64,000 nt of DNA from Octopus sinensis (lineage: Eukaryota): NCBI RefSeq assembly GCF_006345805.1, contig NC_043012.1, positions 43,958,001 to 44,022,000 on the forward strand, in the 5' to 3' direction. Each line of letters opens with the position of its first letter. The first letter of the stretch is position 1. Both the position numbers and the translations under genes were made by a program. Under the pieces are notes generated by a model. That model was not told the DNA's origin. It saw only the letters and a program-made list of their open reading frames with translations, and searched no databases. This document shows, one piece after another, positions 12,943-25,784 of the stretch.

Positions 12943-12994
12943 TGAGCTGACGAAAGAAATGTCGATTTGACTAAATTAGAAACGTACGTTCTCA
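12943..12994 (+). ncRNA. Type I hammerhead motif, intact core, weak stem II, palindrome ACGTACGT
   Basis: TGAG-CTGACGA-(25 nt, only GTC/GAC pairs)-GAAA-CGTACG-TT-CTCA. Confidence 0.55.
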
Positions 12995-13181
12995 ATAACC
13001 TTTGCACTTGATTTTTTAATGTTTTCTTCCCATACCTTTGTGAGTTAGTTTGAGCAAACACTATCTGAGAGAGATCTTCTTTAAGTATTAGAAATAGCTA
13101 AAGAAATTCTTTAGCTGCTATTTCTAATGAGTTCAGTATGTGGCAAAGTAATTTATTTTACTAAGCCCTTATATATATATA

Positions 13182-13234
<53 letters not shown>

Positions 13235-14131
13235 GCAGTACGAGGAACATTGTCCCTTCCAATATTCGGAAGCAGTGAATAATACATTCGATATTTTTGA
13301 AAGCCATTGGGGTGGATAAAATCTCGGTGGAAACTATTGAAACAGCATTAAATTTAAATTGCCATCTAAGTATCATACTTAGAGTATTCATATCACTGTA
13401 AGGCATTAAACAGTAGATTTTGTCTGACAATACAGCAAATCTTACGAAGAGATTTTCTCTCAGATAAAGCTGCAGCACCTTTCCATACAGCTGTGTATAC
13501 CTACACTACAATTTGATATTAATATTTCTACCACTCCTCAAAATTAGAACTTCGATTTCACCAGATCCATAACTAAGTTATAGTAGCAGTATGAACAGAA
13601 TCAGAACTATGGCAAGGAATATAATACGATATAAACCACCCTTTCACTTAACCATATTTAATCCACTTGTGAGTCTTTCGTTCCACTTTCCTCGAAAGCA
13701 CTTCCCCCTACAGCATAGATGCTATATTATTTTTAAAAAATCATTGTGAATTTATTTTATTCCACTAGACTTAGTTTTGTTACAAACCCTACCGTCTCCA
13801 ACTTGCAAAAGCTCAAATTCACTAATAATAATAATCACAGGAGCAGGGGATAAAGTGTCCACTGAGCGTTTGGTAACAATAAAACCCTAATCTTACAATC
13901 AGCTTGTCTCTGATATACTCTATATAACAGGCTTCCAGCTCTTCACATCTCTGCACATAATCTGTTTCAAACTGATCGTATAAATAATTTTTATCGTTCA
14001 GTAATCATTAATTATTTCTTGTATCGCGAGAATGGTGTCAGTGACGGCTGGCTGCACGTTGAACTTTTCCGTTGCTTTCCTCTTGAATTGTTTCCCTTCT
14101 TTGCAGCCTTCTTTCTTTTTTGCCTTTAACG

Positions 14132-14176
<45 letters not shown>

Positions 14177-14945
14177 GTCACTCTTCCACCCTCTTTCTCT
14201 CTCTCTCTCTCTCTCTGGTTGTTTACCTTTTTACACTTGTTCCTCATAACCACAAGACGATAGAGGAGTGGTGTCAAAAGGGTTCTCAGTATGGTTCGCT
14301 TCTGGGACCGAGAGCAGAGTAGTTTTTCCAGCCCCTCACGAAGCTGCAATTCATGATGCGACCGGTGATGTCACTACCACATCAGTCTTCGGAACTGTGA
14401 ACAATACACATACACACACATACAACACACACAAACACAAGGTACAAATACTAGTAGTGTCACTTTCTCACAATTTTAATGTATTTCCCCTTGGAATCAG
14501 GCCAAGTCTTTGAAAAATAGATGTAATCAATTGAATCATGTTCACAAGACGGTGGCTTCTGTAGTACACAGCATAGGGCAGTTACGAATCTCTAGTGAAT
14601 GAGTTCATAACACGGATCTCATTTTCAATTATGTCTAGTTAACCTTATGTTTGTCGATAATCACAATGCGAAACCTGTGAATGCCTCAAATCCCCGTTTT
14701 CTTCGCATAATCAATGGAACAAATCAATATTGATTAACGGGAAAGAGGCAATAGCATAGATTTACACAGTTAAACATTTTAAAGGATGTTAATAATGTGA
14801 GGAAGTGAAATAACTGCAACAACTCACAAGGGTGGGAGAGTTGGCATAGGTATTATGGATGGTTGCGTGAAGCTCCAGTGATGGTTCGCTACGGGCAAAC
14901 AGATACAAGACATGTATAAGTGAGTCTATACGTATGTATGTATAT

Positions 14946-14978
<33 letters not shown>

Positions 14979-15077
14979 TGCGTGGCATCTTGGGCAAGTG
15001 TCTTCTGCTATAGCCCCGGGCCGACCAATGCCTTGTGAGTGGATTTGGTAGACGGAAACTGAAAGAAGCCTGTCGTA

Positions 15078-15116
<39 letters not shown>

Positions 15117-15310
15117 ATGTGTGTTTGTGTGTCTGTGTTTGTCCCCCTAGCATTGCTTGACAACCGATGCTGGTGTGTTAACGTCCCCGTCACTTAGCGG
15201 TTCGGCAAAAGAGACCGATATAATAAGTACTGGGCTTACAAAGAATAAGTCCTGGGGTCGATTTACTCGACTAAAGGTGGTCAAATGACTGAAACAAGTA
15301 AAAGAGAAAA
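14979..15310 (+). mobile_element. SINE family 1, 5'-truncated
   Basis: GCGTGGCATCTTGGGCAAGTGTCTTCT...GACTGAAACAAGTAAAAGA matches other family-1 copies. Confidence 0.75.
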
Positions 15311-15313
15311 TAG

Positions 15314-15400
<87 letters not shown>

Positions 15401-15669
15401 TATTTGTGGGAATCATTTAAATAAAAGTATTTTAATAATAAGGACATCAAGTCAGGGTCGAGATTAGTATATCTGGGTATATACCGTTACAAAAATAGCC
15501 AGTAAGATTCATGGAGGTAGAGTCCATTGACAAGGTTGCAAAAGGCAACGATGGAAGAAAAAATATAAATAAGAGATTAATGAAAATCAAACCGGTGCGC
15601 GTGTTGGATAACAAGGCAATATGACCCTCCCCAGACGCAACGAAAGATTACAAAACTGTTACTCGTTTC

Positions 15670-15765
15670 ACATTCTCTTTCGTCGGACGGTTGTGATGAA
15701 TACTGAATTAAAATCGTGATTGTCATACATACATATATGTATTATTTGTGTGTGTGTGTGTGTGT

Positions 15766-15811
<46 letters not shown>

Positions 15812-16608
15812 TACGAATATGTGTGTGAAGATATGTATAAATATAATAAATGCGAAAACTAATTTCTGTGTATCAATGTGTCACACTTTGACCCCCCTCT
15901 CTCTCACTATTCAATGACACTTCTACTATTCCACGTACTGGGGTGAGAGTAATAGTAGGCATAGAGACGGTGAGGGCAGTGGCGAAGACAGAGAGAGAGA
16001 AAGAATGAAAAAGAGAGGGAGAGAAAGAGAGACAAAGATATTTAGGGAGAGTCGATAATGTTTTATTAAAAGTAGTAGTGTTGATGGTGGCAGTGGGAGT
16101 AATAATAAGAGAGAGGGAGAAAGAGTGAATATGTGAGAGAAGGAGTGACTGAACACTGGATCAGCATGCTGAACTGACATTCTGAACACTGATGGTAAAG
16201 GGATGATAGTAATAGTATGAGTTGTAGCTGTGATAGAAGCGGAGGCGGCGGTGATGATGGTGGTGGTAGCCGAGACGGTTATGGATGACGGTGAGAGTAA
16301 GCAATGTGAAAGACAGAGGTGATGGTGGTGGTGGGAAAGGCGGCGAAGTCAACGGTATCGATGGTGGTGGCATCAGAAGTTTGAATGCTGTGTATGGCAG
16401 ATGTAGTGGCGATAGTGGTCGTACTGTTGTTTATCATGCAGCTTCGCAATAAGTTTTAAGTCGACAAATTATATCATTGTTTTGATGAAAATTGTTAATT
16501 GCTTGAAAAATAGTGTTCAAGTTTAATAAAATTTAATATGTACTCAATGCATGAAGTGTCATGTTGGGTCCAAGGCCCAATGAAGAACCCTCCACACGCA
16601 CACACACA

Positions 16609-16652
<44 letters not shown>

Positions 16653-16728
16653 TAATACATATATGTATATATGACAATCACGATTTTAATTCAGTATTCA
16701 TCACAACTGTCCGACGAAAGAGAATGCA
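15670..16728. repeat. Inverted repeat pair (about 15670-15810 and about 16600-16728); left arm overlaps a decayed hammerhead motif at 15655-15691 (-)
   Basis: CATTCTCTTTCGTCGGAC...AAAATCGTGATTGTCAT plus (TG)n recurs in reverse complement near 16600-16728. Confidence 0.75.
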
Positions 16729-16814
16729 AAAGTGGGCATAACTCTTTTACTAACTGACATGTCTTTAAAACTGCATGTGTTGATTGAATAACTTTTCCTG
16801 TAGATAAAGGTATA

Positions 16815-17740
16815 TTATATATTACTCAATATAGTCTCAATCCCAAGCGATTGATGTGTGCCATCGTTGAACACAACTCTTGAATATTCTTTGAAAGATT
16901 TAGGTTTGTATTGTACCCACTTCTTCACAACCACTTTCACTTCGTCTGTATCATTAAAACACACACACACACACACACAAAAGTTGTCATTCACTGGACC
17001 GACCAGGTGGAAATTGGAGGACTCTAGATCCATGCTGTACGGTGGATGAAGAACCACTAACCTGCCCACTTTGCCAATAGTCTGACTTGTTGCTAAAGAT
17101 GTGTATGGTTACGCATTATCAAGTTGAATGTGGATTGTTTTCAAATTCTTGTTCGGTTACTTCTTCTTAATGGCTTCTCTAAACTTTTGGGTGTCTCGGT
17201 GTACCGCTCGCTATTCTTGGTACAGTCATGTTTAAAAAAAATCAAGGAGAATTTTGCTCTTGTCTTCCCAAAACGTTACCGTGATTTTCTGTGATGATTG
17301 CAGGGTCTTGAACTTTTAAGGCCTTGGAAAAGTATGACATCGCTCCGTATACTGAGCTTTCGTTTCCGGATATTAAAGCTACACCCACATTTCATTCCTT
17401 TATCACCACATCGGAAAAAATATGTCTTCATTGGTTTTTAACTTTTCCAGCAGATTAGAACAGACTTCTACTTTTTACTCTTTCAAATCGAGTATTATCT
17501 ACCGAGATAAGCAGACTTCCCGATATCTGAAGTCTTCCATCATAATGCGTCAAGTTGTGAAGAAAGCCCGCGAATTGTGATTCGTCTGTACCCGCGAATC
17601 AGCTTGTCCACACACTGGCAATTCGTATAAGTGTTGCAGTTGATGGCTTCCCTCTGCGAAGTTTGTTATCAACACTGAAATATGACGACTGCTTTCTATT
17701 GTTGGAGGTAAAAGGACACATCCGGTTTGCAGTTGCTATG
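16815..17740 (-). mobile_element. Decayed mariner transposase relic
   Basis: Minus strand gives LHPPYSMDLESSNFHL (the HPPYSPDLAPSDFHL motif), plus an upstream RRITIR...FRYREVC-like segment; a (CA)n tract interrupts it. Confidence 0.7.
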
Positions 17741-17779
17741 AGAAGATGATGAAACGAACCGGGTAGGGGATTTAATTAA

Positions 17780-20660
17780 GTATTATGTCCCTTGGTACCG
17801 AGACATCGCCACTGGGTTGGTTATGTTGTAAGTCGGTAAGAGCTATCATGAAGTGTTTGTGGGAATTGAGTGCATCTTTCGGGTGTGTGTTCTTGTGGGA
17901 ATGGGATATGTGTAGCGATACTGTATGCCTAACTTTTGCAAGGTGTAGACACCCATTCTTGTGTTTGCTCGTGTGTTTTCTTTCTGTATTGGTCAAGATC
18001 ATGGAAGCTTTATATGTGCATGCAGTGTGTGTAAGGGTACAATGTGTGTGTCTGGGGGGGTTATATTGGAGGTGATGGGAAACGGTCTATTTGGTAGGTG
18101 TCCACCGTGTTGGGGCGTGCGTGTTTGTATGTGGGTGCGTTGATGAATGCTCTGGTCATAGTTTTTACCAGACTCCAGAGTATTGGTGAAGACCCTCCGC
18201 TGGAGGACTAATGATTGTAGCCGTGATGGGGCTCGCAGAGATAATATGATGTACTTCCTTTCATGTAGGAAGGATTAAATACTTCGCTCCTGCTATTCAA
18301 GTAAATGCTTGGCTGCTGGGTGCTCTTTAAAATCGCTCATTTCTCGGCCAGGCATAACCTGCACTTCCTGCTGCTTTTGAAGAACGGCTTACATTTCTCC
18401 AGGATCTTCTGCTTTATGTTGTACTGGGTGGCGCTTTCTTTCAATGACCAAACGTGCTTGGCCGGGTTGTGACGTTGCATCTCTCAGGGATGTTAAAGGA
18501 GGACTTGTGGTTCTTAAAGCAGGTTCTGAAGGAGCATTCAGTCGCTCCTACATACTCTCACACGTTTGGTTGCCCATTTGATTCTATAGTTGTTACCTCT
18601 GCCTTAATGCGACGGTCTCCGTGCTACAGTGGTCGTTCGGTGGACATGCTGTATTACCCCTACATGAGCATCCTGTCTCTCACGGGTGTTGGCTTAACAA
18701 TCTTTTTTACGCTAGTTGCACAGCTAAAAGAAATCCTCAGGGTATGCCAATTGAATATTTTGTTGAATCTGTCTGTACGGGAGAAGTGCTTATCAACTAA
18801 GCTAAGAAAAACTCTTTCCTACTCGGGTTTTAACATTTAAAGAGAAGGGAGGTGTGAACCATTACACTTTCCGGTGTCGCTTTATCCCGGGGAGGTTATG
18901 TTCTGACGTATAACTAATCCTCTCTTTGAAACTGCTGGCAGCCAGAGCCTCATTGTAGTACAGGGCAGCAGCATCGAAAATCTCTTCGCTTGAATATAAG
19001 CATGAGATTCTTCTGTTGAAGCCCTTTATGAGGTTCTTGAAAACTATGGCTGGGTGACAGGAACCTGTGCTAATGTATGATAGCTTCTCGTTTGGCTTCC
19101 TAAAGAGTCTATAGGCACCAGACTCCAAGTCCACGGCCACATTAAGGAAATCCACCGTTTTCAGGTTAGTTTCTATCGTAACCTTCAGTCTAAGGGAGTT
19201 CATGGTGTTAGTGAAGTCCTTTATAAGCCTATATAGTGCGTGGCCGTTTGCCCCTCTTGATATTGCCAGCACGTCATCCCTGTAGGGGCCAAAGTTAGTT
19301 GAAAGGAATTTCTTTTTGAGTACATCTAGGATAAAGAAACCAAATAAGTCACACACGTCAGCACTGTCGAAGGCACCGATTGCCATGTCGAAGGAGCCTT
19401 CTGGGTCAGTTCGTTTGACCTAAGCCGGCCCCTTACTGAAGAGGAGAGTTCTTCTGGCGTGCGTGATAATGTATATGTCCTCGTCACTGACTTCAGTGTA
19501 GGCCCTAGCGACGTCTAGTACCTTAAAAAGGAGCTCCCTTGATATAGATGGGTAGAAATCCACTATATAAAATTGCGTAACCTAGTTCTACGTTTTCCAC
19601 TATTGGTTTTTAAACTATGTAATGATCTCATTGGTGTTACGCCATAGGACAAGGTCTGGGGCGTTTCTAACGCCGTTGATGATCTTCCTGATAAGCTGTT
19701 TGTTAACCTGTCCGATCTTAGACTTCGCCGCGCTTATCAGCCTGCACTTGGGGTTTTGAGGCGAAGTTTGGTTTATGTTCCGTGATTTTTGTGAAGCCCC
19801 ATTTTTTTTTTTTGCAAATGACTCTACTCTATCTTCTGTGCCTAGTTTAATCGATTTATGCCTGGCCTCATGGTTAATACTATCATAAGCTTGAGGGGCA
19901 GCCCTCCTGTACGTTTGTGTAAACTGTACGTATATATCAGCAACGACAAATACGCACAATTTACAGAGAATAGAATGGTCCTATCAGAAGATCTAAGTCT
20001 ACGGGTGTTTGCTCTGAGTTTACGTTGGAAAGCATTTGAGAACTTACGGAATTTCAGGCGGGGTACAATGTTCAGAAGATCATTCTCGAAGGCCTCCAAC
20101 TCCTTGATTTAAGATGGAAACTCTGGATTTTAGCTCAAAATGCTCAGCTTCCGTTGATGATTTGAGATGGTCAAAAAGGCCTTACATCTTATCCGCCTGG
20201 CCAAGTCGATTATCGTCACCACCAGCAGCCTTCTATAGACCTTGTTCAAAGGTGTTGGGATATTTTTTGTTGAATATCCCAATACAATTCCAAATCCATT
20301 GTAAGGGATGTATAATATCCGTGGTGATTATGTAGAGGGCACCGCAGCTATATGGCACAAGATGCGGTCGCCCTATTGCAATATACCCTGTGGTGTGTGG
20401 CAACGTGTGCGCACGTGCGTAAGTCGTCTAAAAGTCCATAAGTCAGAAAAAAGATGCACTTGTATACCAATAGAGTGGGTATGTTATCTGAAGTATACAG
20501 CATTATATATTGTGTGTGTGTCCTGCGTGCCGAGTGTTCTTGTGGAAATGGGATACGTGTAGTAGTACATATACATATATCGGCTAACTCTGGTGAGCGT
20601 ACAGTTTGAAACCAACCACACCATTGTATTCTTTACGCGAAACCGATTGGTAAGATCAAC
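17780..20660 (-). mobile_element. Penelope-like element of Naiad type (decayed RT plus GIY-YIG), with diverged terminal direct repeats
   Basis: FENDLLNIVPRLKFRKFSNAFQRKL; MAIGAFDSADVCDLFG...GPYRDDVL; GIY-YIG YVGATECSFRTCFKNHKSSF...KHVWSLKE...CRLCLAEK...LNSRSE. GTGTTCTTGTGG.AATGGGATA.GTGTAG is shared by about 17885-17915 and about 20533-20562. Confidence 0.75.
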
Positions 20661-21039
20661 CGTGATGGATATTTAATACTATACATTTCGGATTATATAT
20701 ATATTACGGAAATGTACTTGCATAGAAAGTTACTTGGTCTGAGAGCGTGTGCGGAAATAAAAACAATTGCGACGTGGAAGATGTTTATAAGCTATTTAAA
20801 AACACACACATATAATATATACACTTCCCATGTGACATAGAATGAAAACTTATCATAGCATGAAATTGTAACATTATCACTAACTACTTAGTCATGATTA
20901 ACATAAGTGAAACTGGTCGACAATGTAAATATTTCAATTCTGTACATTTTCCTTCTTTTTATACTTTTCACTACAACGGAATTTGGAATTTTTTATACTT
21001 TTCACTACGTAGAATTTGGAATTTCTCGAACCATTTCTC

Positions 21040-21231
21040 TGTGTGTGTGTGCGCGCGCGCGTACGTGCGTGTGCGCGTGTGTGCGCGTGCGTGCGCGTGC
21101 GTGCGCGTGCGTGCGTGCGCGTGCGTGCGCGTGCGTGCGCGTGCGCGTGCGTGCGCGTGCGTGCGCGTGCGCGTGCGTGCGCGTGCGTGCGCGTGCGTGC
21201 ACGTGCACGTACACACACACATACATACACA
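21040..21231. repeat. Long CpG-rich alternating purine-pyrimidine tract (GT/GC/GCGT)n
   Basis: About 190 bp of mixed (GT), (GC) and (GCGT) units, ending in (CA)n. Confidence 0.95.
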
Positions 21232-21948
21232 TACAACACGCACATATGTCATATCAATACCGGCCAGGCTTTTTTTTTTAATTCATCACTGCAAGTATAT
21301 TGAAGCGAACATATGAATAAATCAAAATAGTTATGAATAACTCTTTATTCGTCTTTATTTTCTAAATTCATGTCTCTAGCCACAGTAAGTTATCAATCAC
21401 TCCTTGCTTATTTTTGTTTTAATTATTCATTTTATCCGAAACTACAAAAGTTCTCTTCTGTTTTTGCATATGTCTAAGTCTTATTTCTGCCACAGTCAAG
21501 GCGGGACAGTTGATACATTCCATTTGTACATAAACGCCTGTTCTCAGCAGTTCTCCTGGCTCCGGACAAAACATGCAGTCACTCCTTTATGGTGTTAGTT
21601 GCGAAGAGTTTGTTAACCTAGAGTGCGTCTCCCTTTCTTATTCGGCGGCCGTTACAGTTACCAACAAGCTTTTATTTTACCTTCCCTTGCAGCATAGATA
21701 ATTTTTTAAAATCTAGAATTTAACTTGTATGGTACATAATATACATGCAGTGAACAATTACAGAATAGCTAAGCTGAGATTCAAAACTAAATCCACATTT
21801 TTATACATTGTCTAACAAATTCTTAATCTATTGTCTCAGCCATTTTGCACTCAGAAATTAATGGGAATGTGCTGACCTCTTGATATTTCTCAGGGCATTC
21901 TTCAGTCAATTTTGATTGATTGATTGATTGACAGACAGACAGATAGAT

Positions 21949-22320
21949 ATGGTGTGGCTGTGTGGTAAGAAGTTTGTTTCCATCCAGATGGTTTTGAGTT
22001 CAGTCCTATTCCGTGACACCTTGGACCAGTGCCTTCTTTTATAGCCTCGTGCCGACCAAAGCCTTGTCAGTGTATTTGGTACACGGAAACTGTGAATGTC
22101 TGTTTGTGTGTCGGGGGGGGAGTATCTTTGTGTCTGTGCTTGTTTCCCGCCACCACTTGTTAACCGGTGTTGATGTGTTTACATCCCCATGATTTACAAG
22201 TTCAGCAAAAAAAACCGACAAAATAAGTGCCAGACTTAACTGGGATCGATTCATTCGACTAAAAATTGTTAAAGGCGGTGCCCCTGCACGGTCGCAGTCT
22301 AAGATTAAAACAAGTAACAC
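21949..22320 (+). mobile_element. SINE family 1, diverged
   Basis: TGTGGCTGTGTGGTAAGAAG...GAGTTCAGTCC head and the family-1 body. Confidence 0.7.
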
Positions 22321-22826
22321 ACACACATGCGACACTAGGCAGATACCTTCTTACCCTAGCAGAGAATTATTCTCTGAGCTAACTGCAGTGAATTTGCCTT
22401 TTAGCAGTTGAAATATGTCACAAACATATTTTAACTGACATGAATTTTGCTTATGCCTAAACATTGCTTGGCACTAATATTATGGTAATTTCTACGATCT
22501 ACCAGTGCAAATTAGTCAATGTTGTTGACTGTATATTAGTTAAAGCTGTAGCTTTAATACGGTCTGTTCAGAGTTGCCTTTCTTAGGTATTTCCCATTGA
22601 TAACAGCTAAGGAGCTAAAAACACCAATGTATGGGAATCTTGATTGATGGTGACACTGGGAAGATATGGTGTTTTTACACCTTTTTACCATAAGAGAACT
22701 TTTTTCCGTGGTAACTGCCGAGACTATGCCTCTTAGCAGTTGAAATGTCACAAACATTTTCACTAACCTAAACTTTACTTGTGTGTGTGTGTGTGTATGT
22801 GTGTGTGTGTGTTTATGTGTGTGCTT

Positions 22827-22908
<82 letters not shown>

Positions 22909-22944
22909 GCGTGCGTGTGTGTGTGTGTGTGTGTGCGTGCGTGT

Positions 22945-23870
22945 TTATATCAGAGGTGGAATTAGTAAGGTGAGAGTCAACAATGAATACAGTGATGAAT
23001 CTAACGTGAAGATAAAGATTCACCAGGGTTCAGTTTTCAGTCCCCTTCTGTTTACAACAGGTCTCTAGACTTTAAAAGAGGTTTCAGACTAGTTGCCAGC
23101 GTGAGCATCGGTGAGCAGATAGCATTGTTCTCATCACTGAATGAGAGTAGAAGGTTTAGAGAAATAACTGCAGACTTGAAAGTAAAACCTATAATCTAGA
23201 AACCTCATAGGAAAATTTAGTCAAGACTGAAATAGAAAGTAACAAAGAAGACAAGTCCTGCAACAGTCAGAGAAATTGTTGTAATTGATAAACAAATAAA
23301 GGGTTGATAATTTCTCGGCACTGTGTACTTAGTGTAAACAAGAGGTGCAGTGGAAACATGGGCGGACTAACGAAGAAAAAAGATTTTCACGCTGCGATCC
23401 ACAGAAGCAGTGAGTATTAAAAACAAACGTGAAATAATGTCTTGACGGCTCTCTCTAAAAGCAAATTAGCCAGAGTAAAATTGGAAGAATCGGGGAGCTA
23501 AATATTGCAGGTAAACCAAATTGTCTGATGTCTTTATAAGAAGTACGGTGCTGCACGATAATGAAACGTGGGCACTAAATGCAGAAGATTTGTAAAGACT
23601 TGAAAGAAATCAATCAAACATATATTGCTAAATTTCTAATTTTAGTGTACATGGAAGGTGAAGACCAAATAAGGTGGGAGAAAATCCGTGAAAGTAAGAG
23701 AAATATGATGTGGTGTGGTACGGGTGAATGAAATGTACGAAAACTGAGGTGATAAAAAAGGTGCAGGGAGTGGATGAATTCTGGGATACAGAGAAACCCA
23801 AGAAGATATGGAACGAAATAGGGAAGATTGATTTCAGGACGATTTCAAGAGATAAATTACCGCGATGATT
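22945..23870 (+). mobile_element. Heavily decayed RTE-type LINE fragment
   Basis: ISKVRVNNEYSDESNVKIKIHQGSVFSPLLF, followed by degenerate RT C-terminal sequence. Confidence 0.6.
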
Positions 23871-24812
23871 GGAAACGTACAATGCTAGAGAAGACTCGCC
23901 TACCCGAGCAAGTCTGGTAAAACAAACGTTGGTAGTGGGGGGTATTAAATACTGACATTTTAGGCCAATGAATCTCTCCCGCCTTGGTACCCACTCAACT
24001 CTGCCGTTCACACATTCTCCAGACACCGCCTCTCCTATTAACTGCACTATGCTGCCTGTGTAACTAAAGAAAGCAGTAAATCTTTCCAATTCACTGAACA
24101 ATACTGCTTGTATTGGAATGTCACTGAACTCAACTCAACCTACCGTCCCTCGCACACTCACCCGTTCTTCCATTCAATCCCCTACCATTATTCTTATCCT
24201 TGTACTACTTCCGTTCAGTATGAGACTTGTGTGTATTTATAAAGGATGGTAGGGTCTATTTTCACTTTTTCTGAATTCTCTCCTACTCCGAGCTAACTTT
24301 TTCTCTTACCATCACTCACTCTTAGCAATCACTCACTCGCCCCATTATACTATCCCTTACACTCCTGTCTCTTGCTATCAACATACAGTTGTTCCCTTCA
24401 CCCACCCATCCTGGGCTTTTGTTCAGTCGTCACCCTTTCTCTTTATTCGCCGTACTGGTCATGTTGTTTTGAATGAAAGGATAAAGCCAAGATCTCAATT
24501 CTCATGATTACAAAGTGAATTTCCCAAACAATTATTCAGACATCGCACACACGAAACTATCGTATCAAAAGTAGAAAATAATTTCTTCAAGCTATATTTA
24601 CATCTATCAATTAGTCTGTCTGTCTGTCTCCATACGTTTAAATTTTGTCTAGGATATTCTTGTAGTTTTATTGTCTAAACTGTCCAGTAATCTAATTTAT
24701 ATATTTTATACTCATGTCGATGTGTATTAACATATATGTTAATACACATGTGTATGCGATAATATATGTCTGGTTATTATGCCCCTATGTGAGTGCATGT
24801 TTATGTAGATAT

Positions 24813-25074
24813 TATAGCCTTGTTAAGCTATACGTAAACAAACGAGTGGAGACGAGTATGCATTTACCAAAAGTTTATTACTTTAGGTACAAAAGGGCTT
24901 AAGTCGTCAGTTATTTTTGTATTGTTCCTTCAGATTCGTTTCACGCACGCTGCTGTCATTCATCTGTTACCGTTCTCCGCCTGGAAGTCCTTTTCTTTCC
25001 TGGTGACCAACTTCCTAGTTAGCCCGCAACGAAGTATCTGTCTACAGTTCGTCTGTCACGAATCCTACCCTACC
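24813..25074 (-). repeat. 3' LTR of element A
   Basis: Direct repeat of 33135-33396; preceded on the minus strand by the PPT GGAGGGGGAG (25078-25087). Confidence 0.92.
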
Positions 25075-25376
25075 TAGCTCCCCCTCCAGTCCAATTTGGC
25101 CCGTTAAGTCTGGTTGTCAGTGATTCCTTCAGGCGGCGGTAAAATATCTCCACTAATCCGTTGGCCTGTGGGTGGTAGGCTGTTGTGCGGTTCATTGTGA
25201 TTCCGAAAAGATCATACATGTCATTCCACAGCTTTGAGGTGAATTGTGAACCCCGATTGGATGATATGCTATATGGAACACCGAAACGAGCGACCCAGTT
25301 TGCGATGAAAGCTCGGCTGACTTCTTGTGTTTCTGTACTGCGGAGAGGGATAGCTTCAAGCCAAGGTGTAAGGGTC

Positions 25377-25784
25377 TGTAACGTGAAAGGATCTATCATC
25401 GAAGCACTGGCAGGGTGTCGAGATCCTTTCTAGTCACATACAATAATTCTTGTAGAAAACAAACAGACGAAACTCAGGTTAAAGGTGAACAGACAACTTG
25501 GTTTATTGATTCATGGTTGTACGTTGTCTGATGGGGGAATAGACAGCCTCTGAGATACTGCTGGTGTTGGTCGTTGAGGTTGGTTGAAGCTGGTGTGTGG
25601 CTGTCAGAGCCAGGAAAACCGTGACCGATCGCAGTGCTGTCTTGAGCCGAAGAGAGAGATTTGAGGTTCGCGGGCTCGAGAGATGTTTTCCCGCACATGC
25701 GCATGGGGAAGACTTCCGGTGGCCACCCGGAAGTAGTCCCATTCTGCGCATGCGCGCCGAACCCTACACAGTAGCATCACTACA
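25377..25784 (-). repeat. 3' LTR of element B
   Basis: Identical to 29997-30404; PPT GGAGGGGAGCCC at 25785-25796 abuts it. Confidence 0.97.

Noticed and set aside
18337-18339. In-frame TGA in the Naiad-like GIY-YIG region as selenocysteine
   Set aside because: It follows CLAEK at a non-cysteine position in a copy with many other lesions, and no SECIS could be recognised; ordinary decay is more likely.
1050-23068. Many ORF-track entries rich in YI, CV, HT, MYVC or RAR repeats
   Set aside because: These are translations of (TA)n, (TG)n, (TATG)n and (GCGT)n microsatellites, not genes.
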